This document shows, in pieces, positions 51,775 to 64,000 of a stretch of DNA of 64,000 nt. This DNA is from Lama guanicoe (Eukaryota). The notes under the pieces were generated by a model. The model searched no databases, was not told the origin of the DNA, and worked only from the letters and a program-made list of their open reading frames with translations. How positions within the stretch are numbered: the stretch's first letter is position 1; every line of letters starts with the position of its first letter. Position numbers and translations under genes: made by a program. The stretch is taken from NCBI GenBank assembly GCA_013239625.1, contig MU054323.1:9455186-9519185 (forward strand), given 5' to 3'.

Positions 51775-53265
51775 ATCTAGCCTGATGAGGTAGATTGCCT
51801 TTTTTATTTTAATGGGTTTCAGGATTTATCTGAAATCTATCTCTCTATTTGCATTAGAGAATAAGTACTAGGTAGGAATTGGAGTTATGGATAAATGGTG
51901 TCAATGATGAAAATGTTGGCAGCTACTTTCATATTTTTTTAATTAATGGAAAATTTCAGCTAATGGTAAGTGAATAGAATTTTGCCTAGTAGTCAATACA
52001 TGGGTCCAGTACCTAGTTTTTCATATGGAACTAGAATGTCTCTGAAGGAACAGAGTGAATTATATACCTCGTTGCATCTCTTGCCCCTCCCCAAAGTAGG
52101 GCCTGTATCTTCTTTTGTTAAATAAATTGCCACACAAATAGCTTAGAACTTTTAAAATCCTTATGAAAATAAGTTGGGAGTTTGATAGAGGTTGGAGTTG
52201 GCTGGAGTTTGGAATTTAGAAATACAACTATTGCACACGAACCTCTCTGTGGAAAGTTTTCACCCATCATGTGGACTAGGTCAGCGTAGAAATATGCAGA
52301 GTATTTTTTATAGGTAAGACTTCAGTACCCAGAACACCAGTCTTCATGAACCGTGGCCTCCTAGATTGAAGCAACAGTCGATCAACATCATAGTTTCCAA
52401 AAATACATCACAGTTAGAGTGGCAGGTGGTTATTACTTTATCACTCTGAACCGCCAAATGCTCACACCTGTGATCCCAGCTGAAAGATGATCAGATCCAA
52501 AGAATCACAGAAATGGAGAATGTCTATGAAGCATCCTCTTCATTTGCTCATCCAGTATTTACTGAGCATCTACCATGTTCCAGGCAGTGTGCCCATGCTG
52601 GGATGCAGTGGTAAACAAATGAGAAGTTGTCCATGTCTTCATGGAATTTATACCCCAACAGCAGAGATCAAAGCCTTTATCATATCAAACTTGTGACAGT
52701 TTGAAGTACTGACTAATAAAACCTGGCCTTCCAGACCTAGAATGCTCTTGATAGGTAAGACTTCTTTCTCTTGCCTCCCCCTCCCTCAGACCTCTTTCCC
52801 TCCCCAGGTTCCTCCTGCCTATACTTTCTGTAGTACAAGGCCTTCACTCATAGCAGGACTGGGGCTCTTAAATAATGACAGAGTGGCTTTCTCTAGAAAT
52901 CCAGACCGCCTCTGATTCACGAGTGCAGTCCAGGGCTGTTGTTATCCAGACCTTCAGTGGCTCCCTTTCCTGAGTGTTTTCCTCTTTTGTGATACCCAAG
53001 TCTGAGATACTATTTAAGGAAAAAAACAAACGTATGCAAATGTAACTGATAACAATGAGTAAGACTTACTTATCTTGAAGGATACTTGAAGAAAATGGAT
53101 TATATAGTAGGTTTTATGTTTGAGGCCCTGCAGTTGTTTAATTTTCTGGGCTTTCCCTGTGTGTACATAGGATCTGCCCTTAGAAGATGGGCTGTTATTT
53201 GTGGTATGTACTGTGGAGTCTGAACCAGACATGTTTTTGTGGTTTCCATGGCAAAGCTATCTTGG

Positions 53266-53280
53266 GTGTGTGTGTGCGTG

Positions 53281-53311
<31 letters not shown>

Positions 53312-53354
53312 GTGCGCGCGTGTGTGCGTGTGTGCATGCGTGCGTGCGCACGTG
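53266..53354. repeat. (TG/CG)n alternating purine-pyrimidine microsatellite, 89 bp
   Basis: Uninterrupted RY alternation including two cgcgcg runs. Confidence 0.97.
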
Positions 53355-54579
53355 AACATGCTCCTTAAGTAGACATTTTAGCGTGTATGAATTGAGTCTT
53401 TAAGAAGCTGCAGACCACAAGCCTATGATTTCAGTATAGGAATATTGTTAAGTGAAGCCTGTTTATCTTCACAGATTGATTCAGAGTTGCAAGAGACATT
53501 TGCTTTACATTACCACTAGCCTAAAGGAAACATCTGAAGTAAATTTTTAAAAATCTGCTTTCTACTGTAATGAAGACAGATCCATTTTAAATGTAATAAA
53601 AGAGAAAGACAGCTTCTCATGCTCGAAAGAAGAAATACTTTAAAAGGTCCTTTCTTAAACTGACCTAAGTAACTTCCCTGGGCTGTGTTAGAAGGCCAGG
53701 TCATGGATAAACACAACCAAAGGACTGTCCTGCAGTACAGGCTAGAGATCGGTGGAGAAGGTGGAGAGAAAGGACAGAAAGAGAGAAAGGTCAGCTGCAG
53801 CATTCCTTACACGCCCTGCTTCTTTGTCCTGTGAAAATATTGTATGTACACAGTGCATGAAAGGCTGTAATTCACTTGGAGAGCTCGGCCCAGGACATAA
53901 ACACTCTCACGGTTTATGGACAACATTAGAGCCCGTGAGTGGAGTCAGCTGTGTATTCTCTCCTGTAGAGCAAAATTCTGAACGTGGGAACTCAGAAAGG
54001 ACACTTTCTGGCACTGACCAGGGCTTTTCCTATGACATGTACTTCTTGCTCATGGCTGTCCGGCAAATCCTGTGCTCACAAGTGAAACACCCTCTGCTGG
54101 GTGAGCACAGGCTTCGGGGTCACGTGTGCCCCAGTTCCTATCACAAGTTCTCATCTCTAAGCTCTGTGGCCTTGGGCAGGGCTATTAACTTTTCTGAACT
54201 TCATCCTATAAAACCAGACTCGACTCCTCCCAACAGATGGGCTTGATATGAAGGGTCAGTCAGTGGGTGGGTGGACGTATGAGGTACCCTGGGGTTTAGT
54301 TTCTGCTTTGTCCCCATGGTGCCTTTACCCACCGCTTTCCTCCTGCTCTCTTCCTGCTCCTTCAAATCTGTTCATCCTTCCACATTCTTCCTTATGGTTC
54401 TTCCCTCCACGCTAACTTGCAGGCAGCTCTTTCCCCCTTTCCAGGTTCGGTTGACTGTTGGTTTATACTGCTTTGAAATCTCTTTTGTATTATTCTTTGA
54501 TTTTTCCCATCTTCGTATTTCCTTAATCAAATTGTGAGTTCTTTGAAATCAAAGATTTTGCATATGTATCTTTTAAAAG

Positions 54580-57500
54580 ATATTTATTACAGTGTAATTT
54601 ATAGTATGTAAATTATATATGTACAGTGAAGTGGACAGAATTAATGTATCTTTCGATGGAGTTTTGACAAACTTACCTTCTGCCCCTTTTCAGTTAGTCT
54701 CCTCACCCCCAAGACAGTGCTGTCTGATTTCTATCATTGTGTCTTGGTGTCTCCTCTTCTAGATACTTCTTACAAATGGAATAATATAGATTGTACTCTT
54801 TCATGTCTTTTGGGTCAACAAAATTGTTTTAGATTTATCTGTTATGGCATTCTTTTTTTTACTGCTGAGTAACATTATATGAATGTACTATAATTTACTA
54901 ATCCATTCATCTGCATATGTATGTTTGGGTTGCTTCCAGTTTGGGGATTTTTATAAATAGAGCTGCTATGAACACTCTTTTTAGTAGATATATGTTTTCA
55001 GTTCTGTGGGTAAATACCTAGGAGTGGGAATTTGTGTATGATTAACTGTAAGAATCTGACAACCTTTTTCTGAAGTTGTTTTATCTGTTTACACTCCCAC
55101 CAGCAGTATGCCAGGTTCCAGCTGTTCCATATCCTCTCCAACACTTAGTATTGTCAGTCTCTCTAATTTTAGCTATTCTAGAGGGGATGGAGTGATATCT
55201 TATTGTGTTTTTAATTTTGATTTCCTGATGATTAGTGATGTTGAGCATCTTTTCATGTGGTAGATCTTCTTTTGTGAAATATCTGTTCAAATTTTGCCTA
55301 TTTTTAATCAGGTTGTTGGTCTGTCTATTACTGATTTTTAAGAATTCTTTATATATTTGTCAGAAATGTGTTTTGCAGATATTTTCTCCCAATCTATGGC
55401 TTGCCTTTTCATTTTCTAAACAGTGCCTTTTGATGAGCAGAAAGTTTTTATTTTTAATGAAATCTATTTTATTGGTTTTTTTATGTTAATATTTTTTGTA
55501 TGCTCATAATTATTTGCCTGCCACATGAAGAGATTCTCCTATGTCTTTCTCTAGAAGATTTGATTTTGGTTTGACATTTAGGTCTATGATCCATCTCAAA
55601 TTAATTTTGTGTATGATATGAGGTAGAGGCTTAAATTAATTTTTTGTTTATATATCTCCAGGTATTTCAGCAGCATTTCTTGAAAATCTTTCCCCATTGA
55701 ATTACCTTCATGCCTTTGTCAAAATAAATGGACCATATATGAGTGGGTCTATTTCCAGATACCTATTCCAGCTCTCTGTTTTTCAGTTTGTATACCAATA
55801 CAGGAAATGTAAATTCTCCAACTTTAGCCTTTTTAAAGATAGTTTTGGCTGTTTTAGGTCCTTTGTATTTCTAGAAAAATTTTAGAATCAGTTTGTCTAT
55901 TCCATCCTCAACTCCCCTCAAAAAAAGCCTGCTTAGATTTTGATTATAATGACATTGAACCTGTAGATCAACAAAGGACATTTTGACAATACTGAATCTT
56001 TCAGTCAATAAACATGGTTGTATTTAGGTCTTCTTTAATTTATCTCAGAAATGTCTTAAGATTTTAGCATAGAAGTCTTGAATATTTTTAATGTTTTTGC
56101 TTTTATTGTAAATGATAGATTGTTTAGATTTTATTTTCCAGTTGTTACTAGTATGTAGGAATACAAATGATTTTTCTATATTGACTTCGTGTCCTGTGAC
56201 ATTGCTAAGTTTACAGTTCTACTGAGTTCTAGTAGCTTTTTTTATATTTCTTAGAATTTTTTACATAACCAGTCATATCACCTGTTACCAGCTTTACTGC
56301 TTTCTTTCCGGTGTTTATGATCTTTATGTTTTTTAGTTTCTTTCTCTTTTTTACCTACTTGCACTGACTAGGCCCTTCAGTCTAGTGTTGTACACAGTAG
56401 TGTGAGCAGACATCTGGCCTTATGTTTCCACATTAAGGTTGATGTTAACAGTAGGTTTTACATAGATGTCTTACCATATTGAAGAAATTTCCTTCTATTC
56501 CTACTTTTCTAAGAGTTTTTACCATGTGTGAATGTTGAATTCTGTAGAGTGATTTTTCTGCATCTATTGACATGATCCTGTGGTTTAGCTTTATTCTATT
56601 AAAGTGGTGAATTAAAATAATTGGTTTTTGAATGTTAGACCAACCTTGCATTCCAGGAATAAATAAATCATTCTGAGCAATCATATTTTAGTCTTTTTTA
56701 TATTATTAGATTTGATTTGCTAAAATTGTGTTGAGTTTTACATCAGTGTTCATGAGTGATAGTAGCCTGAAATTTCTTGTGTCATCCTTGTTAGATTTTG
56801 ATAATAGCATTATTACTTGCTTTATAAATGAATTGGCAAGTTTCCTTCCTTCTGTTTTCTGAAAGAGTTTGTATAGGTTTGGCATTATTTTTTTTTCTAA
56901 ATGCTTGATAGAGTTTTATTTGTGGGAAGAAAGTCAATGTCTATACTAAAAATAGGGATATTCAGATTTTTAAATTTCTTCTTGTGTTAGTTTTAGCAAG
57001 TTGGCTTCTTTTTTTTAAAGAGACGTATCCATTATATCTAAGTTGTTGAATTTATTGGCATAAGATTGTTTATAATCCTTTGCTTTTAATATTTGTAAGA
57101 GCTGTAGTGTTATAACTTCTTTCATTCCTTACAGTGAAGATTTGTATTTTTTTCTCTCCTTTTTTAAAAAAGTCTAGCTAAGAGGTTATCCATTTTTCTA
57201 ATCTTTTCAAAGAAGCAACTTTTGACTTTGCTGATTTTATCCATGGTTGGTTTTCTATTTTCTAAATTTATGCTTTTATCTTTATTTCTTTCTACTTATT
57301 TTCAGTTTAATTTCTTCTCTTTTTTCAATTTTCTCAAAATGGAATCTTAGACCATTGATTTTAATCTTTTTTTTAATACAATCCTTTAGAGCTATAAATT
57401 CCTAAGGTTTATTTTAGCTGTATCCTGCAAATTTTGATATTTTTTCATTATCTTTTTTTTAGAAATATTTTCTAATTTCCTTTGTGATTTCTCTTTGAAC

Positions 57501-58640
57501 AATAGGTTACTTATAATTGTGCTGCTTGAATTTCAAGTGTTTGGGGGTTTTTCTAGATACTTTGTTACTGATGTCTAATTTCTGTTTTGGTCAGATATAA
57601 TCCGTATGATTTTAATCCTTTGAAATCTGTTAAGATTTGTTTTATGGCCCAACGTATAGTCTATACTGGTAATAAAGAGGCCATGTAAACTTGAAAAGAA
57701 TGTGTATCCTGCAGTTTTGAGGTATAGTATTCTATATGCATACTAAGCCAACTTACTTATTAGTGTTATTCAAATCTTCTGTATCCTTACTATTATTGTT
57801 TGCACTTATTATTATATCAGTTACTGAAAGGAGATGTTAAAATTTCCACCTATGATTTTCGATTTGTCTATTCTCCTTTTAGTTCTGTCATTTTTTTGCT
57901 TTCTATATTTTGAAGTTTTGTTATTTAAGTACCTATATATTTAGAATTGTTATGTCCTCTTGATAAACTGGCCCTTCTGTCATTATGAAATGACTCTCAC
58001 TATTTCTGGTGATACTCCACTTGAATTCTGCTTTGTCTGATATTACTGTAGTTACAGCAGCTTTCTTGTGCTTATTTTTTGCATAGTATGACTTTTTTCA
58101 TCTTTTTTCTTTCATCTTATATGTGCCTTTATATGTCAAGGAAACCTTTGTAGGTTTTTTAAATCTTGTCTGATAATCTCTGCCTTTTAATTGGAGTTTT
58201 TCATTCTTTTACATTTCATATAATTAATGAGCTGGTTGGATATAAGTCTATCTTCTTACCATTAGTTGTTTAATTTCCCTTGTTCTTCATTTCTTTGTTC
58301 TTCTCTTCCAAATCTTCCATTTGATTTATTTGAGAACTTTTTAATATACCATTCTCTGTTCTGTTGGCCTTTTAGTTATAGCTCTGTGTCAAATTTTAGT
58401 TATTAACACACTAAAATACATTCTTAATTTATCTCTACCGTGAATTAATATTATAACACTTTAAGTGTAATATAAAAGCCTAAAACCCTGTAATTCTCTT
58501 TATACTTTCTACTGTCATTTGCACTATTATACTTATATGTCTCACTTCTTCGTATATTATGAATCCCACAATATGTTGTTTTTACTTTCGCTTTTAACAG
58601 GCAGTTGACTTTTAAAGAATTTAAGAAAATAAAGAAAAAT
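54580..58640 (-). mobile_element. Long decayed L1 (L1M) with ORF2 remnants
   Basis: ORF 56445-56684 (FIPGMQGW...MSIDAEK...IQH...KTLRKVGIEG) matches L1 ORF2p RT. ORF 55081-55290 (MNRYFTKED...TIRYH...KCWRG) matches the ORF2p C-terminus. Many stops and frameshifts. Confidence 0.92.
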
Positions 58641-59325
58641 TAGGCTCCATTTTATTCTGTAATCTCCAAATAAAGGTAATGGAGAATCATTTCCTCTCAA
58701 AAAAAAAAAAACCTCAAAAAATAATAAACTTATTTTTAAATGTCTTCCTTGGAACAAGCTATCAGAGAGCCATATCCAACCTATGTGCAGAGGACATTGA
58801 GACTCTCAATCACCAAGAAAAGAAAGCTGCACTTGCATGACATCCAGGCACCTCTGCCTGCCCTGTGGACTTCACCATTTACAGTTCACCCTCATACACT
58901 TTCTTGGGATCATCACTGCAGCAGAAGGTACAGAAATCCTCACCACCTTTCATGCAGATAAAAAAACTAGGGTTTGGAATGACTTAGTGAGTTTCTTAAG
59001 GGCACACCACTAGCTTTTAGTGGAGTCAGGGCTCAACGTAGGGCCTCTGACCTTCTGCACATCCAGACCCAGGCAAATAAAGTTTCCTGTTCTTTTTACT
59101 GCTAGTCTGAGCCTCCCTCCTCAGAGGCCTGGCATTGAGTAACATAAATACAGAGAAGAAATGCATGTGGCAAGTAAGAGCACTGCCCCTAAAGTCAAGA
59201 GAGAGTTCGGTTTAAACTTATCTCTGCTACTCACTAGCTGTGTGACTTTGGGCAAATTCATGACCTCCCTGAGTCTGTCTCCTTATCTATAAAATGGGGA
59301 AGCTAGTTTAGAGAATCACATGAGC

Positions 59326-59898
59326 TGTGTGATTTTCTATTGTTGGTTAACAGATTACCACAAACTTAACAGCTTAAAGCAGCACGATTTATTATCCCAC
59401 ACTTTCTGTGGATCAGGAATGCAGCACAACCTTTCTGGCTTCTCTGTTCAGGGTCTCAAACAACTAAAATCAAGGTGTTGGCTGGGACTGCTACCACATC
59501 TGAGGCTCAGGGCCTTTTCCAAGCTCAGATTGTTTGCAGTGTTGGATTCCTTGTGCTTGTAGGACTGAGGTCCCTGTTTCCTTGCTGGCTGTCAACTGGA
59601 GGCTATTCTCTGCCACATGGGCCCCTCCATTGTCAAGCTTGCAGTGTACATCAGATGCTCATGTTTCCAATTTCTGACTTCTGTGTCATTGACATCTAGA
59701 CTCAGATTTAAAGGGTTTGTTTGATTAGATCAGGCCTACCAGTTAATTTCCCTTTCTTAAAGTCATCTGTTTCATCTAACATAACTTGCTTACAGGAATG
59801 AAATTCATAATTTTCACAGTCCTGGAGATTATACAGGGAGTGCACACCACCAGGGAGTGAGGAATCTTAGGGGCAATGTTAGAATTCTGCCTACCACA
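59326..59898 (-). mobile_element. MLT1E-like MaLR solo LTR inserted in a MIR
   Basis: taacagattaccacaaactta...tgtaggactgaggtccctgtttccttgctggctgtca...ttagaattctgcctaccaca. MIR sequence flanks both sides (about 59170-59325 and 59900-59970). Confidence 0.88.
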
Positions 59899-62110
59899 CA
59901 GGGTAATGCAGATGAATTGTCCAACATAAGATCTGGCATGTTTTGAGTATTCAGTAAATGCTAACTATCAGTGTCATCATCCTTGGAAGAAAAACAGAGA
60001 TTTTTAATTAAAAGATAATAGAGTCAGCATTGCTATCTACTCATGCACCCAGTAAACAGTCCCTTAACCTCAGTCACCTGGCCAGAGTTTCTTAAATTCT
60101 AGGCTGCCCCATCCATGGCTGCTATCCCCTATGTTTGTGTCTTCTTGGTGGCAGTACAGCCAATTTGAAAAGTGGAAAAAATTCATCCTTCAAGTGTTTA
60201 ATCTACACAAAACCAACTATCACTAAAAGACAACCACTAAACTAAACAACCACTAAACAACAACTAAAAAACAACAAAAAAATTTACCTACCTTGGTATC
60301 TTGTACATAGCTTTAACTCTATCTAGATGAATGACTCAGATGATTTTTTATAATCCTTTCTAGTCTGATAAATCCATGAAGAAATGGAGTGAGTTTTCCC
60401 TGAATTTCACTGTGTAAAGTATTAGGCTGACTTCAGAGGCCTGAGTAGGTTCTTAGCATAGAATTTAACCCCCAAACCACCTACTGAAATGACTTGTCAC
60501 ACATTAAGTCCATTATATAAATGGAATTACTTAAAAAAATTTCAAAAAATATCTTCTCAGTTAACACGTGGGAGTAATTCATCATTAACCTTCCAAAACA
60601 TTTTGTTGTTTCCCTTCTTGCCTCCAGGTCAGAAAGAGAAGTTATTTTCTTCCTTGGAAATGTATGCAGATAGTCCCGAAACAGTCCACAATTTCCTCTA
60701 TGTCGCTCCTCGCTGAGCGTACTGCTCTTATTTGTCATTCATATGTCTTTGCAGAATAGCTTCCTCTTTCAAGAATTTTCTTCTTAATTGTATATGCTGG
60801 CTGACTTCAATTATTTTTCATTGTTAATAGCTTAGTATTCTCAAAGACACTGCTTTCTTCAAACTTCTCATTAGCTGCCAAATGCTTCAATCCAGTCTTA
60901 AGCATTAGTCTTCTAAATATGTCAGATTAAAAATAGATCTTCTTTCCTCAAGAGAAGGGGGTTAGATGTCCCCACCTGATTTGCTCGCCACTCCCACCCC
61001 TTAATGTGACCTCCAGGGCCCCTCCGGGATGCCACGGAGCACAGTGTGGAAATCCCAATTCTAAGACAGTATTTCACACAGTGGTAGCAGGAGTCTTGAG
61101 GCCAGAAAATTCTTTGGAGACAAGGGTAGGGCTCGTGTGGGGAGGGGGTGATTATGAAGCATAAGTGGTTACCATGTGAGCCTATTTAGATGTTTGTCTC
61201 TCCAGAAATTACTCACTCACATCTTCTGGTCAGATTGAGTTAGGCACCAGGCTCTCTGCAGTCCCTGCGCTTGGTCAGCTGGCCAGAGGGAGCCCTGGCT
61301 GGGCCAGCTTTGGGGCTCAGGTATCCAGATATTGCTCAGTGTCAGGGCAAACCCAGGTGGGGGACTTTGCAACCCCCTCCCTCTCCCTGGACCACTCCAT
61401 CCCCCCACCCTGCCCTTCCCCTCATCCCTCCTCTTTATATCTGTATTTCTGGAACTCCCATCTGGCACCCAAGGGTAGGGCTTGGCTGGGAAGGTAAGAA
61501 TTGTGGCCACTGAGATTGCTCACCCCACAGCGCTTCTGCAGGGGGAGCAGCCGCAGAACTGAGCTACCCTGGGCAGAATCACTGGGAAGAAGGGAGAGTA
61601 CTGAGCGAGACCAAGCGACCAGGGTTTGGCTTCCGGGGGCGCATCAGGGCTCAAACCTTAGTGACAGAGCCTGCAAGCCCAACTACTGCTATGATTCATG
61701 GGTTTTCTTTTTTCTTTTGTTTTGCCGTGAGTTTCCCAGGAATGGTTCCCTTTAAAAACCCCCAACCTCATCTCAGCTGAACTCCCCTCGAGAGAGAGAA
61801 GAGGGAATTTTCCAGGTCCAGTCCAGCGTAGCTGGGGTGATCAGAGCACCCTTAGAGGACAGGAGAGGAGCTGACGATGTGCCTCCTGAGAAATGGGGGA
61901 AGGTTGAGGGCGCCAAAGCCTTCCACTCCCCCACATGCCCGTGGTTCCTGTGTGCAAGAGCTCCCCGTCCCTCCTAGGCTTGAGAAATAGAGGAGCTGTG
62001 AACAGAAAAATAAAGCAAACAAATCACGTGGAATTATTGGATCCTTGAACTCTCTCAGAGAGTCATTTTGAAAAGCATCTTCAAGGGATGCGGTTTGTTT
62101 TTCTTTTCAG

Positions 62111-62462
62111 AAGAGACAGCAACAGAGATGGGGAGGAATCCAGATCTGCCTGCCGTCCAGGCATCCTCTCCAAATTGCGTAGGTCAGAGAGAACATGTTA
62201 TTTATTAGAACCTGACATCTGTTGCTGTGAAATGATAAGCTCCATTAAAAAGCCTGGCCATCAATTACCGCTAATACCACCCGCATCCTGGAGCGGGCTG
62301 CTCACCGTCCTTCCAGCCCGCGCAGACCAGGCTGCACCAGGCACGGCGTCCGCAGCCCCGCGCAGCCTCCCCACGCCCCTTCCGTGGGGCCCCTTATGCC
62401 GTCTCTTCTCTGTTCCTTTGATTCTACTGTTTGGCCTCTCTGAGGTTTCTTTTAAGGACTGA
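62111..62462 (+). CDS. BABAM2: Putative BABAM2 alternative 3' exon (RDSNRDGEESRSA...), open to TGA at 62460-62462
   Basis: Strong acceptor gtttgttttcttttcag|A at 62110/62111. Phase matches the upstream exon (AA|A = Lys). The first 13 residues resemble the human alternative C-terminus RESNRDGEESSSA (from memory). The true 3' boundary is uncertain. Confidence 0.6.
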
Positions 62463-64000
62463 AGCTCCTGGCCATGCTGCTTTCTCAGTGGAAAACAGGG
62501 TGATGGTTTGCTTTCTGGTCTTGGTCACACAAGCCAGAAGACGCTGCGCACGGAAGAGTGGCTGGGAGAGCAACACATCTGGGTCCGGGGGATTCACTCA
62601 GGTGTGCTGCTGTGAGAGCTGCTGATCAGCTCGGGTTTGGGTTCCAATGGTCCCTCCCAGCCACTGGGAAAGTGCCCGTGATGACCACATACAGCTGCTT
62701 CCTTGTTTGTGAGTTACGCTCATTGTATTTTCTTCCTTGGAAGAATATTCAGGTGACTTAGAGTCAGAAAGGAAAGAGTAGAGGAGTTGGTTTGGGATTT
62801 TTATAGTACACCAAAGTAGAAACACACTTACTAATGGAATCTGAGTTGCCTTTGAACTGTTGGAAGAAAAAAGTACAGTAAGTTAAGAAGTACAAAGAAT
62901 CATGGCCTGGGAGTTACAAGACCTGGGTCTCATCTGGGCGTAATTTTCTGTGTGAACTTGGAAAAGACTCTTCACCTTTCTGGGCTTCTGTACCCTTATC
63001 TGAAAGTACTGGGCCAGTAGCTGATGGTCACTAAGCTCTAATATATTTCTGGGATTTTAAGTGAGAATTATGTTTAAGGTATCTTAACGTACTTTTTTAT
63101 TCATGTTGAAAAAATTCCATCTCTGTTGCCAGAGGTCAGACACAAATTGAAAACATAATAAATGGAATTAAGTGCACTATGTACGTGCTGCTTTTTTGTA
63201 CAATCCATATCTGATATTTATAGAACACTTCAGTTGTGGAACGTGCACACATCTGCCCCAAATACACACCCAGTAAAATAATTCTGGATGTAATACTTTT
63301 TCAGATGTCAAGTTAAAACAGCTTCTCAGGAATTAGGCTTGACTGTTGAGACGTGCGTGTTGGTTTCTGACAGGTGCCGCCAGGGCTGCTCAGGGCTGTC
63401 ACATGTGATGTGGAGTCCAGCCAAGGCAGGAGGGCCAAACCGTGTGTTTCTATCACTCCTCGTTAAGGCATGAGTTCTAGAAAAAAGGGAAGCAGCAAAG
63501 AACCACTATCCAGTCTGTGCACATCATGAATGACAAGCAGAGGTCTTATTTCTGCAGAAATGGGATTCTGTCTTGTCTATTGTCAGATCCTTCAGCACAG
63601 GGGCCACCTGTGAGAATGAACTAGACTCATGACCTGTTAAAATAGCAGCTTTATAGAAGTGATCAAAAACAGGGAGCAGGTACTGGGGTGGTTATCACTA
63701 CTTCGGTGACCAGCTCCCCCTGCCAAATCCACAGCTAATAGAGCAGACCTAAGTTGGGGGACTGAGCAGGGATGCATCTAGGAAGGTAAGTGTGACAGTG
63801 GGGGCCAGTCTCAGGACATGGAACATGGAAGGGACCTTAGAGATCATCTAGTACAGCCAAGACTGAGTATTGTAAGTATTAACCGTCATGGTGGAAATTA
63901 AATAAAGCGATTGGTATAAAACCTTTAGCACAGTGATTGGCATAGACTTGATATTCAATTCATCATGTTAATTTCCTGAAAGAACTTGTTGAAGGCCATG

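Noticed and set aside
56445..56684. Functional reverse transcriptase
   Set aside because: A short fragment of a heavily decayed L1 ORF2 with stops and frameshifts around it.
1..64000. Prokaryotic-type systems (CRISPR arrays, operons, defence islands) or a novel multi-gene system
   Set aside because: The sequence is clearly mammalian intronic DNA. No repeat-spacer arrays, no dense coding regions and no intact retroviral or transposase genes were seen.

Overview
This is mammalian genomic DNA, most likely a camelid (camel, llama or alpaca), judged from three tRNA-Ala-derived Vic-1-type SINEs. The window lies inside the 3' part of BABAM2 (BRE/BRCC45, subunit of the BRCA1-A and BRISC complexes) on the + strand. 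Two canonical coding exons are visible: 4453-4535 ([27 protein letters not shown]) and 51341-51494 ([51 protein letters not shown]), separated by a ~46.8 kb intron. The canonical last exon (AYFKTFVPQF...) was not seen in the window. An alternative exon starting at 62111 (RDSNRDGEESRSA...) resembles a human alternative C-terminus, but the codon that I recall as a stop in human is TGC here. The rest is intronic: old L1, L2, MIR, MaLR and hAT relics, microsatellites, one well-preserved ERV1-like solo LTR, and a few candidate enhancers. Nearly all ORFs in the supplied track are chance ORFs or L1 debris. I found no convincing novel biological system; the most interesting items are the stop-less alternative exon and the intact solo LTR. 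Repeat family names come from my recollection of consensus sequences and their boundaries are approximate.
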